From Octopus vulgaris (Eukaryota): 64,000 nucleotides of DNA. Under the pieces are notes generated by a model. That model saw nothing but the letters and a program-made list of their open reading frames with translations. It ran no database searches and was not told the DNA's origin. Made by a program: the position numbers and the translations under genes. Location: contig OX597838.1 in NCBI GenBank assembly GCA_951406725.2, positions 4,340,001 to 4,404,000 on the forward strand. The letters are read 5' to 3'. Below, in pieces: positions 55,401 to 64,000 of this stretch (position 1 is the stretch's first letter; each line of letters begins with the position of its first letter).

Positions 55401-56246
55401 TGACTCAAACCCAGGACTAATTTTATTAAGCCTGGTACTTATTCTATCAGTCTCTTTTGCTAAACTGCCAAGTTACGGGTATGTAAACAAACCAACACCA
55501 GTTGTCAACCAGTGCTGAGGGACAAATACATGCACACACACACACACACACACACTTCTTCCTGTTTCTGTCTACCAAATCTACTCCTAAGGCTTTTTGA
55601 AGTCCAAGCTACAGTAGAAGAAGGTTGCTCAAGTGGACTGGAGCAATGTGAAATAAAATGTCTTGCTCAAGAGCACATTGCACCACCGGGGATTGAACTC
55701 ACAACCTTGCAATTGCGAGCTGAACACCCTAACCACTAAGCCATTTGTCTTCACACTCCCCCCTGTCCAATTGTCATTGTCTGTACAAGGGTGTTGTGTG
55801 CCACACATCAGATATCGAACTGATTGCAGAGCAATTTGAAATACTGCCATGTACCCCCTTGAGCTGGTAGAATTGTTAAACCACCAGGTGAAATGTTTAG
55901 TGGTATTTTGTCTCTTGCTATGTTCTGAGTTCAAATTCTGTAAGTACCAGTTGAATACTGGGGTTGATGTAATCGACTCATCCCCACCTCCCCCAAGCTG
56001 CCCTTGTGGCAAAAACTTGAAATTATTATTATTATTAAAGTAGTGAGCTGGCAGAATCATTAGCATGTTGGGCAAAATGCTTAGTGGTTGTGAGTTCAAA
56101 TTCTGCCAAGGTCGACTTTGCCTTTCATCCTTTCAGGGTTGATAAATTAGGTACCAGTCATATACTGGGGTTGATGTAATTGACTTAATCACCTCTCCCA
56201 AAATTGCTGTCTTTGTGACAAAATTTGCAATCATCATTATTATTAA

Positions 56247-56278
<32 letters not shown>

Positions 56279-56430
56279 TTATGTCTTTCAGCTCTTTCCA
56301 GAACAACGTGGAAATTCACATCAACCATATCCAGAGTGGACTGAGCCAAATGGGAAACCTTCACGCCTTCTCCACCACTGCCAGTTTCACTACTCCGACG
56401 ACCCCTGACTACAACCCCTGTAACCTTTGA
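23185..56430 (+). CDS. LIN9: Protein lin-9 homolog (MuvB/DREAM core subunit; DIRP and Tudor-like domains), 16 coding exons, 536 aa
   Basis: Join 23185-23206, 32262-32297, 34385-34422, 36735-36851, 41968-42098, 43526-43651, 45021-45178, 45816-45949, 47124-47243, 47508-47609, 48039-48119, 49894-50019, 51749-51847, 52335-52421, 54762-54856, 56292-56430 = 1611 nt, all GT-AG with consistent phases. Hallmark LIN9 peptides: ESSSAKALVSLKEG, LRNLLKLPKAHRW..EWFYSNLD, IRRLMGKPRRCSAAFF, LVIGTKVTA, FQNNVEIH..HIQSGLSQMGNLHAF. Confidence 0.96.
26930..28990 (-). mobile_element. Degenerate mariner transposase gene, split by a nested MITE and SINE
   Basis: AVIEYLQKRG (N-term), MKVSAWWAP (WVPxxL-like), FWDAKG, LFHQHNAP (HDNAP-like) and GIRALQHRWKKCV (C-term) in order. 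Confidence 0.85.
27450..28337. mobile_element. Tigger/pogo-like MITE nested in the mariner, containing a family B SINE dimer (27895-28287)
   Basis: Homologous to 10221-10662; right TIR GATAGGCGAGGGATTACTG. Confidence 0.75.
29860..31530. mobile_element. Cluster of family A SINEs in alternating orientation (minus 29860-30120, plus 30325-30710, minus 31168-31530)
   Basis: Matches to the family A sequence. Confidence 0.8.
31565..31895 (+). mobile_element. tRNA-derived SINE (third family); another copy at about 26530-26810 (minus)
   Basis: TGGCTCAGTGG A-box, GAGTTCAATTCC B-box, CTTGAGCAAGACACTTTA core. Confidence 0.7.
32262..32297 (+). CDS. LIN9: LIN9 exon 2, 36-nt microexon (SSSAKALVSLKE)
   Basis: Long polypyrimidine tract and CAG acceptor, donor G|GTAAAT; peptide matches the vertebrate LIN9 N-terminus as recalled. 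Confidence 0.92.
33140..33610 (+). mobile_element. Mariner 3' fragment with right TIR
   Basis: LHDNAKPH..LGYETLPHPPCSPDLSPNDYHFF; ends in ACAACCTAA followed by TA. Confidence 0.85.
33625..34242 (+). repeat. Two tandem ~300-bp elements, each bounded by (AAT)n
   Basis: 33625-33923 and 33946-34242 are near-identical; a partial third copy lies at 40061-40189. Confidence 0.9.
34385..34422 (+). CDS. LIN9: LIN9 exon 3, 38 nt (GKGCYRTPPRRGN)
   Basis: TTTTCCAG acceptor, GTGAGT donor; phase 1 to 0 is required to join exons 2 and 4. Confidence 0.75.
34708..35070 (+). mobile_element. SINE family A
   Basis: Family A match. Confidence 0.8.
36735..36851 (+). CDS. LIN9: LIN9 exon 4 (PQRIRKKNSRFYNEEEE...NLSTS)
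   Basis: TTTTGTAG acceptor, GTAAAT donor; basic/acidic pattern like LIN9 PxR..R.F..E. Confidence 0.82.
37209..37250 (+). CDS. LIN9: Candidate LIN9 42-nt in-frame exon (CGHEFKTQLPSSIK)
   Basis: T-rich tract and TAG acceptor, AAG|GTACAG donor, phase 0-0, no stop; no homology support. Confidence 0.45.
37433..37665 (+). mobile_element. SINE family B monomer
   Basis: Full head to AAAGAAATAAG tail. Similar monomers at 17870-18086, 44240-44465, 54353-54585 and 63315-63550. Confidence 0.85.
40338..40846. mobile_element. TTAA-flanked (piggyBac-type) MITE
   Basis: TTAA-CCTCTTGAC ... GTCAAGGGG-TTAA. Confidence 0.6.
41285..41653. mobile_element. Tigger-like MITE
   Basis: CAGTAGAACCTCGCAGTACGA ... TCGTACTGCAAAGTATCACTA, imperfect TIRs. 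Confidence 0.6.
41968..42098 (+). CDS. LIN9: LIN9 exon (YNRLSSSPDKK...EWFYSNLD)
   Basis: Start of the DIRP region; CAG/GTAAGT. Confidence 0.96.
42421..42818 (+). mobile_element. 5'-truncated RTE-clade LINE with (ATGA)n tail and 10-bp TSD
   Basis: LDGTYTRLL..SWKHH..QFAGHCCR..MMDREVWR; TSD TGCTGATGAC at 42411-42420 and 42819-42828. Confidence 0.88.
43526..43651 (+). CDS. LIN9: LIN9 exon (PLFQGENEF...LMGKPR)
   Basis: DIRP domain; CAG/GTGAGT. Confidence 0.97.
45021..45178 (+). CDS. LIN9: LIN9 exon (CSAAFFKEER...LVIGTKVT)
   Basis: DIRP end; CAG/GTAGGT. Confidence 0.97.
45816..45949 (+). CDS. LIN9: LIN9 exon (RFRKVQDGLFTG...SDYEVL)
   Basis: Tudor-like domain; CAG/GTAAGT. Confidence 0.97.
47124..47243 (+). 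CDS. LIN9: LIN9 exon (STSPQETTPLSAFQQRHR...SHQL)
   Basis: AAG acceptor after a long T tract, GTAAGC donor; matches the LIN9 ETxPxxAF motif. Confidence 0.9.
47508..47609 (+). CDS. LIN9: LIN9 exon (ENDPLLSSSP...GGFPVKFLLHV)
   Basis: NDPLL and GGFPVxFL motifs; TAG/GTAAGT. Confidence 0.95.
48039..48119 (+). CDS. LIN9: LIN9 exon (IKLSKILLMKK...EMNCHAEKF)
   Basis: Coiled-coil region; CAG/GTAAGT. Confidence 0.95.
48703..48926. mobile_element. TTAA-type MITE family (also about 35203-35432, 46511-46694 and 46781-47013)
   Basis: Ends CCTTTAGCATTC ... GAATGCTAAAGGGTTAA; shared internal sequence. Confidence 0.65.
49894..50019 (+). CDS. LIN9: LIN9 exon (ESLQKPITYEFQRKYA...QHFCQE)
   Basis: EFQRxYA..LELExLN motif; TAG/GTATGT. 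Confidence 0.95.
50104..50509 (-). mobile_element. SINE family A, young full-length copy
   Basis: Nearly identical to the reverse complement of 30325-30710. Confidence 0.88.
51105..51577. mobile_element. Two tandem TTAA-type MITEs (51105-51334, 51351-51577)
   Basis: TTAACCCTTT.GTTACC ... GGTAAC.AAAGGGTTAA; related pieces from about 52438 and 59178. Confidence 0.7.
51749..51847 (+). CDS. LIN9: LIN9 exon (IVPEQGLPAIDQP...EKVRL)
   Basis: PxQGL..DQP..RCExEA motif; CAG/GTAAGT. Confidence 0.93.
52335..52421 (+). CDS. LIN9: LIN9 exon (TSFINAKTAKNEQ...LTSLMLQVK)
   Basis: LI..LT..LQxK motif; CAG/GTCAGT. Confidence 0.9.
53535..53925 (+). mobile_element. Retroposon 3' part with internal ~55-60-bp minisatellite and (GAT)n tail
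   Basis: CCTCGCCTGGCCCCGTGCCGGTGGCACGTAAAAGCACCATCCGTTC three times, then AGGAAGGGCATCCAGCCGTAGAAAC..CATGCTAGCATGGAAA..GATGATGAT. Relatives at about 38100-38435 and 43990-44900. Confidence 0.75.
54762..54856 (+). CDS. LIN9: LIN9 exon (TFAENDFNSFEFCSLQDSLDDIKK...)
   Basis: NSFEF.SL.DSL.DIK motif; CAG/GTAGGT. Confidence 0.95.
56292..56430 (+). CDS. LIN9: LIN9 last coding exon (SFQNNVEIHINHIQSGLSQMGNLHAF...stop)
   Basis: Conserved C-terminus; TGA at 56428-56430. Confidence 0.96.
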
Positions 56431-56815
56431 CTTCCAATCCCCTCCCCACCACTCTGTTGTTGTTTGTGGGTATGCTTGTGTATGTGTCTGTGTTTGTGTG
56501 TGCATGTGAATGTGTTTGCGTGTGTGTGTGCGTGCGTGCATGTGTACTTGTGTGCGTGTGTGTGTGTGTGTGATCCCAGCAGTTCTAATATCAATCCTAA
56601 CGCTCTCGCCTCTCCTTCCTCCTCTTCCTCCTCTTCTCTTTTCCTCTCATTCTCGCCAGTCGCTGGGCTGTGGTGAGGATTGGGACGACCTGTGGCTTGA
56701 ACTCCCTGTGTACAGTTTCTGTAGATATTTTTCATTTGATCTTACAGGTGAACCCTGACCCCTGATTATTTATTCAACTTATTGCAGAATTTATTTTGGC
56801 GTGTGAACACACACA

Positions 56816-56864
<49 letters not shown>

Positions 56865-57253
56865 ACGCGCGTGCTAACCGTCGTTGGCGACTAACTGTAT
56901 ATATGTATATGATGGGTAATTATTCTTGAATGAATGTATATGTCATGCATATACGCGTGTTTATATATATATATCTGTGTGTGTGTGTGTGTGTGTGTAT
57001 CTATATATGCAAAAGAACATGTGCTGATGTGTGTTTGTGTGTCCGCATGTATGTGCAAGAGAGCATGCTTACGTGTGTGTGTGTGTGTGTGTGTTTATGA
57101 GTGTGCCTATTTATGTATATGTAAGAGCATATGTTTTGGTGTGTGTATGTGTGCATGTATATACCTATGTATTCACATGTATGTGTGTGTCTATATATAT
57201 ATATAGACGTATATATATGTGTGCGTGTGTCTCTCTATATATATAGATGTATG

Positions 57254-57289
<36 letters not shown>

Positions 57290-57313
57290 GACATATATAT
57301 ATAGATGTATACA

Positions 57314-57355
<42 letters not shown>

Positions 57356-57525
57356 CATACATAAACGTCTGTATATATATGTGTGTGTGTATATATATAT
57401 GTGTGTATATATATATTTATATACACACACACACACACACATACATACATACATACATGAATGTATGTTAGAAAATTACTATTTTTAAATCTCACAACAT
57501 GAGATATTCAGCAACAGTCCTTTGG

Positions 57526-57925
57526 AGTAAAGATTGTTTGCCAACGTAACATGGCAGTCCTGGTTTAGGATGAATGTTGCCTTAATTTAGCCCCAGGAGA
57601 CATTGTCTACAGCTGGCTATACGACACGGTCTGTGTCCTTATATTTTCAAACAAGGGACTCTAGCTAGGACCCCCACTCAACTTACAACAATATCTGTGT
57701 ATCACGATTTCCGGGTTATTTCCCTTCATCAGCACAGAATAATTGTTTGGCTAGAGATATTGTTTTGAGCTGAATGGGGGTGCTAGCTAGATTCCCTTGT
57801 TTGAAAATATAAGGACAGAGATCGTGTCGTATAGCCAGCTGGAGACAATGTCTCCTGGGGCTAAATTACAGCAACATTCGTCCTAAACCAGGACTGCCAT
57901 GTTATGTTGGCAAACAATCTTTACT
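57526..57925. mobile_element. 400-bp palindromic (foldback) element, probably Penelope-like derived
   Basis: Arms 57526-57696 and 57755-57925 are reverse complements with scattered mismatches; hammerhead motif in the loop. Confidence 0.8.
57694..57738 (-). ncRNA. Minimal type-I hammerhead ribozyme motif
   Basis: Minus strand: UCUGUG-CUGAUGA-AGGG-AAAUAA-CCCG-GAAA-UCGUGA-UA-CACAGA (stem I 6 bp, conserved core, stem II, near-palindromic stem III, AUA cleavage triplet). Confidence 0.7.
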
Positions 57926-58464
57926 ATGAATGTATGTGTATGGGTGTGTATTCAAGTCCTGATTATATTTGTGACTGAGCCTATATAATATCTATTTGTG
58001 TGAGGGTGTATAACTATGAAGATATGTATATACATGTATATATATATATTATGTATATATAAAATATAATACAATATGAATTTTTTTCTGTCTTTATTTA
58101 TATTTCTTTCTGACCCATCCACATGTGTAATTGCATAATACATGCCATTTGTTCCTTCTTCCCAGTTTTACATCTATTTTTCCATGCTTGCATGGGTTAG
58201 ATGAATATATTATGACGATTTTGTTTTTTTTACCCCAGCCAGATGCTCTTCCTGTTGCTAGCTCTTACCTGCTTTTTCAGGCAAAGGATCTTTAGGTGAT
58301 CTGTTGACAAGAAAACAACAGCAAGTCATGACTTGTTGCTCAGCAACTTTTGGAGAAGTGTAAATGTAAACGACTACGCCAACATGTCATCACAGTTATC
58401 ATTATCATCATCATCATCATCATCATTATTTTGTACCTGCTTTCCATGTTGACATGGGTCGTAC

Positions 58465-58985
58465 ACAACTGGTACTTAATTTATTGACCCCCGAAAGGAT
58501 GAAAGGCAAAGCCAACCTTGGCAGAATTTGAACTCAAGACCTAAGGCATATGAAATACTGCTAATGTTTCTTATTTCTTTACTGCCCACAAGGGTCTACA
58601 CACAGGGGACAAACAAGGACAGACAAATGGATTAAGTCGATTATATCGACCCCAGTGCGTAACTGTTACTTATTTAATCAACCCCAAAAGGAATAAAGGC
58701 AAAGTCGACCTTGGCAGAATTTGAACTCAGAACTTAGTGGCAGATGAAATACCTATTTCTTTACTACCCATGAGGCTGCTAAACACAGAGAGGTCAAACA
58801 AGGACAGACAAATGGATTAAGTCAACTATATCGACCCCAGTGCACAACTGGTACTTATTTAATCTACCCCGAAAGGATGAAAGGCCAAGTTGACCTCAAC
58901 GGAATTTGAACTCTGAATGTAGTGGCAGATGAAATACCACTAAGCATTTCGCCCGGCGTGCTAACGTTTCTGCCGGCTTGCCTTC
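58465..58985 (-). mobile_element. SINE family B multimer
   Basis: Three successive cores; junction GAAATACCTATTTC at 58746. Confidence 0.8.
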
Positions 58986-61401
58986 TTCTGAAAGGGTGTC
59001 AAACGAAGTTGACCTCAACAGAATTTTTTGATTCAGAACAAAATGCCGCTAAGCATTTTGTCCAATGTGCTAACGGTTCTGCCTGCTCATTGCCTTATAT
59101 TAACAAGAAGTTCAAATGGTTTGCATCCATCCATATAATTCTTCCTTTGCTGAGGCCCTGGACAAATTTGAAAGGCTTAAACCCTTTTGATAGTAACCCA
59201 CCTGAAACTACCCCTTGTTTCATTGCTCAAGCCATCCGTTTTAAAATGATCTTATTTAAAATCTTGCATCAAAATTGCATTCTAATTTATGTTTATAATT
59301 GTCAGTTTAATAACTGTAAAGTTATTTTAATAAATTCTTCCTTATTTTTAAAATGAATTAAAATGAAGGCAGTGCTTTTCAACAGAATCATCTTCATCAT
59401 CATCATTTAATGTCTGTTTTCCATGCTGGCATGGGTTGGATGGCTTGACTGAAAACTGGTAAGTTGGGGAGCTGTACCAGGTTCCAATCTGATCCACAGC
59501 TGGATGCCCTCCCTAATGCCAACCTCTCCAACAGTGTAGTGGGTGCTTTAAGGGTTAAAACTAAGTTAATTTTCATCCACCCCTTTTCATCTGTAAAGGT
59601 CACCATATAAGCCTCAAGATTAACTGGAATGAACCAGTTATACCTGAACTAAAGTGTGTAACTCAACTGTAAAATAAATAGCCCTTTCTGGTTGTTTTGG
59701 TCTGCATGGTTCTTCTGGGGGTGCTCTGAGTGAGCCCTGCTGGCTTGCATACAAAAGGTATGGAATGATGGTAAACAATCCTTTTTTTCATCTTAAATGC
59801 TATACTAATTGTCATCATTAGCAGCATCATTATTTATTGTCTGCATTCCATGCCGGCATGGGTCAGATGGATCGAGAGGACATGGCAAGACAGAAAACAG
59901 AGCCAAACATCAATTTCTGCTTTGGCATGGTTTCTATGGCCGGATGCCCCTCCTAGTGTCAACCACTTTACAGAGTGTACAGGGTGCTTTTTATGTGGCA
60001 CCAACACCTTTGGGGTGACTATGTAAAGCACAGGACAAGTCCCTTGAACTGAGAGGAGTAGTAGTATCGAGGTAGGTGGCTTTATACCAAGTGATAAAAA
60101 GGTTAAAGTATGATGAGGTGGTGGTGGGGGTGGCGAGCTCAAGTGTTTTGTTGCAGATGTGACACATGGTCACCGCATCTGTAAAAAGACAGAGAAGATG
60201 GTCATAAGGATGTGTCAAGGTGTAAGGAAGAATATGAGGACGTGAATCTCAAAGAGCAGCAACAGAAGTTTGAATGAAACACCTGTTTGATAAGCCAATA
60301 CTTTTGAGCTACAACGACTCTGCTAAAGTCTGCCTTTTTTTTAACCAACCTCAGCACAATACTAATATCTGGCATAAACTATTAAGTCATTTACTAAACG
60401 CCAACCAAAATTGTAAAATGTAATTAGATTAGGATTGTCTTCTCAAATATTCCAATAATGTTTGTTTAATATAAGTTACTAGATGTTTGGATTGTCTTGT
60501 CTGAAGTGAAGGGCAGTGTCTGCTAATGGAGAATGAGGAACAAAACAGCATCAAAGCCACTGGAATAACCCTTTCGACTGGAGGCGCAAGGCCTCAAAAT
60601 TGTGGGGTGTGGAGTAGTCGATTACATCAACCCCCAGTATTTCACTGGTACTTAATTTATCAACTTTGGCGGAATTTGAACCCAGAAAATACACTGGAAT
60701 AATGACTCTGGCCCTCTGCATTTAAGCTCTGAGTGAGCCCTGCTGGCTTGCATCCAAACGGTATGGAATGATGGTAAATGATCCCTTTTTCATCAAAGGT
60801 ATCTTTATATCGAACGGATACTTGGGTATTACTTTGATTATTGGATTATCTTTCTAGTGGATTACCTTCTTGGATTATGTTGCACCATTAGATGATCTCT
60901 TGGCCTACATTGAATCTTCACCCTTGTGTGTGTATAGAGAGAGATATAGTCTTGTTTCTGTCAGCCATGCTGGAGCTTGATTGCGGCCATGCTGGAGCAC
61001 CACCTTCAAGGGTTTCAGTTGAACAAATGCACCCCAGGATTTTCTTTGTTTCTTTAAAGTCTAGTACTTATTTTATCGACTTCATTTGCCAAACTGCTAG
61101 GTGATGGGGATGTAAACACCAGCACCTGGTTGTCGAGGGGTATGGGGTGACACACACATATATACGACGGGCTTCTTTCAGTTTCCATCTACCAAATTCA
61201 CTCGTATGGCTTTGGTCTGCCTGAAGCTATAGTAGAACACACTTGCCCAAGGTGCCATGCAGTGGGACTGAACCCGGAACCATGTGGTTGGAAAGTAAGC
61301 TTCTTATTACACAGCCACGTATAAATTCTAGTACGTGTGTGTAACGTATTCATTTCATGTATATGTGTGAGTATGTACGCTTGCATTATGTAAGCAATGT
61401 A

Positions 61402-62162
61402 GAGGGTCTGATCAATAAATATCCGGACTGTTGCCATAGTAACAAAGCTAAAGCATGTAGAGTGAAACTGCTCGGCAGAGATTGACCTTGAACTCTGCTG
61501 TGCAGGCACACTAAGTTTTAACGTTCCTACTCTCTTCCGCTGTTTACAGCAATGCTTGGAAGGAACGTGTGTAGTGTGTGTTCGTCGCATTGACCACGAT
61601 AGAAAAAGTCATGGCGATACCTGCTGAGGGGGCCTACGCAGAGTGGCAGAAAGTGTATGGAGAGGAGTGCATGAGTCGCACACAAGTGTGCGAGTGGTTC
61701 ACACGTTTCCAGGATGGCTGAAGAAAAATGTTGATATTGAGGAACGTTCTCGGAGATTCGCAACCAGCAGAACTGAGTAAGACATCGCAGCTGGAAAGGG
61801 GGAATCGTCGAATCACCATCCGTGAGTTATCAGAGGATGTGCAGATTAGTGGCGGTTCAGTTCAAGTCCTGTGTCGAGAACGTTGAAAACTTTGCGTAGG
61901 CCTCTGAACTGGTATCGCCAAGCTTTTGGCAAAATTTGATGCAGATTCTCTGCTCAACTTTCTGTCATGATCAATGCAACGATCACCCGCTACACATCTT
62001 CCTTCCAAACACTGCTGTTAGCAGCGGAAGTGAGCTAGAATGTTAAAACTTAGTGCGCATGCACAGCAGAGTTCAAGGTCAATCTGTGCCAAGCGGCTTC
62101 AGTCTGCGTGCTTTAGCTTCGTTACTATAGCAACAGTCCGGATATTTATTGATCAGGCAATG
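61402..62162 (+). mobile_element. Internally deleted mariner with ~190-bp TIRs
   Basis: CTGATCAATAAATATCCGGACTGTTGC... is inverted at the right end; internal YGEECMSRTQVCEWFTRFQDG (mariner HTH). Confidence 0.85.
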
Positions 62163-62738
62163 TATGTATATTCATCTTCCCTTCCTAACTGGTGGTGGAG
62201 TTGCACCAAGCTGTAAAGAAAAGGGCCCCTGTTTTCTTCGTCGTCCATCATCATGCAGTCATTTCCCTCCTCAGATTTTAAAAAGGTTTTGCATATTTCT
62301 ATCCAGGGGCAACGTTCTTTCTCCAAGAATCCAAGTTCAACGATTTTTGATCCAGACAGTTTGGCATGGTTTTTCATCTAACACATCCACTCGTATGGCT
62401 TTGGTCTGCCTGAAGCTATAGTAGAACACATTTGCCCAAGGTGCCATGCAGGGTCACCAAGTAACTTGCAAAACAAAGATCCTTCGAGAAGGGAGAGGAC
62501 TTTGGAGGAAGGGATCTTGTGTCTTTGAACTCCGCTTAATTTCTTATACTTGAAAAGGGAGATTTTTCCCAAAATATAGGATCATTAAACAATTCATGTA
62601 AGATAATACAATATCTTTTCTTTTTCTTTTTCTTTATTGACATTACCTTACAGATTTTGTCTCCTCCAGCATTGATTAAAGGTTTTTCATATATTTATGT
62701 AATTTACACACACACACACACACACATACACAAATATA

Positions 62739-62956
62739 CGAAGAGGTGCTGAAAACTCCCTGGCTTTGGGTAATAGAAAATACAAGCGGATCAGTTAATT
62801 ATGATTTTATTTAACACACTCCCCTCTCAGATTCACACACTTATTGCTGTGGTCCTTCAATTTTTCTAATCCCTGCAAAAGAACTCAGAAGGTTCGGCCT
62901 CCAAACAAGGCCTTCGCGATACCCTTAAAATCCAGGAACTTTGCTGCACTCCATCG
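62739..62956. mobile_element. Mariner-type MITE
   Basis: TA-CGAAGAGGTGCTGAAAACTCCCTGG ... CCAGGAACTTTGCTGCACTCCATCG-TA. Confidence 0.65.
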
Positions 62957-63790
62957 TATGTAAAATGGTTAAAGATAAAGAAAACTTGACCGATCCTTTA
63001 AGCTTTATAAAACATGTCATTATTGCACAAAGCAATTGACCTGGTTGCGAAAATACAACGAACTCGCTTCCTCTACATTCCCAGCAAAAAATCCTTTCTC
63101 TGAAATTGAAACCTTTCGTTATAATATCATGTCTTCCACGTAAAATTTTTCGAAAAGTTTGAGAACCTCAGAGTTAAGGAATGAATACAATGCAAAGAAG
63201 ACTGCAGAAATGCAAACGAACTTTGTACAGAATAAATTTTAATACCAAATCTATCTTTTTGTTGCTTAATTAATATAATTATCCCAGGGTTTCTGCAGAA
63301 GATCCAACAGAAATATACCTATTTCTTTATTACCCACAAGGGGCTAAACACAGAGAGGACAAACAAGGACAGACAAACGGATTAAGTCAATTACATCGAC
63401 CCCAGTGCATAACTGGTTTTTATTTAGTCGACCCCGAAAGGATGAAAGGCAAAGTCGACCTCGGCGGAATTTGAACTCAGAACGTAACGGCAGACGAAAT
63501 ACGGCTACGCATTTCGCCCGGCGTGCTAACGTTTCTGCCAGCTAGCCGCGGATGACAACAGGTCGCCCAAACTGTGCCAGTGCACTAATCAAAGCTTAAG
63601 CACATTAATTGACCTATAGCTTTTAGTCCAAAGTATTAATTACATTCATATATCTAGTGGTGGTTGTCTACTCTTTATGCGGAGTCTGACGGCCTCTTGT
63701 ACACCTTCGATCCATCATGGCGTCTGATGTGGCTTTTTAAACCAGACGACAACCACATAGCCGCAGTTATATGACTGACCCCAAGTAAAA

Positions 63791-64000
63791 ACTTGTTTCA
63801 GTCATTTGGCTGTGGCCATGCTAGAGCACCGCCTTTAGTCGAGCAAATCGACCCCAGGACTTATTCTTTGTAAACCCAGTACTTATTCTATCGGTCTCTT
63901 TTACAGAGCCGCCGAGTTACGGGGACGTAAACGCACCGGCATCGGTTGTCAAGCGATGATGTGGGAACAAACACAGACACACATATATATATATATAAAT
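63791..64000 (-). mobile_element. SINE family A 3' half, runs off the window
   Basis: Family A match. Confidence 0.8.

Noticed and set aside
62165-63240. Coding-like minus-strand pieces (for example KIVELGFLEKERCPWIEIC) and a donor-like site near 62646
   Set aside because: Interrupted by a SINE and a MITE with in-frame stops; cannot be assigned without a search.

Overview
Repeat-rich animal genomic DNA, most likely an octopus/coleoid cephalopod (inferred from the SINE families, extreme microsatellite load and TTAGGG-type repeat). The window holds one protein-coding gene: LIN9, the MuvB/DREAM core subunit, on the + strand from ATG 23185 to TGA 56430. It has 16 coding exons with GT-AG boundaries that splice in frame to 536 aa, plus a candidate 42-nt extra exon. 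Its promoter packs CCAAT, CHR-like, E2F-like and YY1-like motifs. The left end has a tRNA-His(GTG) cluster (one partial, two complete copies). The rest is tRNA-derived SINEs, CR1-group, RTE and R4/Dong-type LINE relics, mariner relics, MITEs (hAT, pogo/Tigger, TTAA-type, Helentron-type) and long microsatellites. Almost all ORFs in the supplied track are microsatellite or TE artefacts. Best leads: (1) a minimal type-I hammerhead ribozyme in the loop of a 400-bp palindrome just downstream of LIN9; (2) SINE multimers with an invariant palindromic junction at several independent loci; (3) a TIR/TSD-bounded element carrying a telomere-like array; (4) a possible DREAM-autoregulated, bidirectional LIN9 promoter. 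TE boundaries are approximate unless a TSD is quoted.
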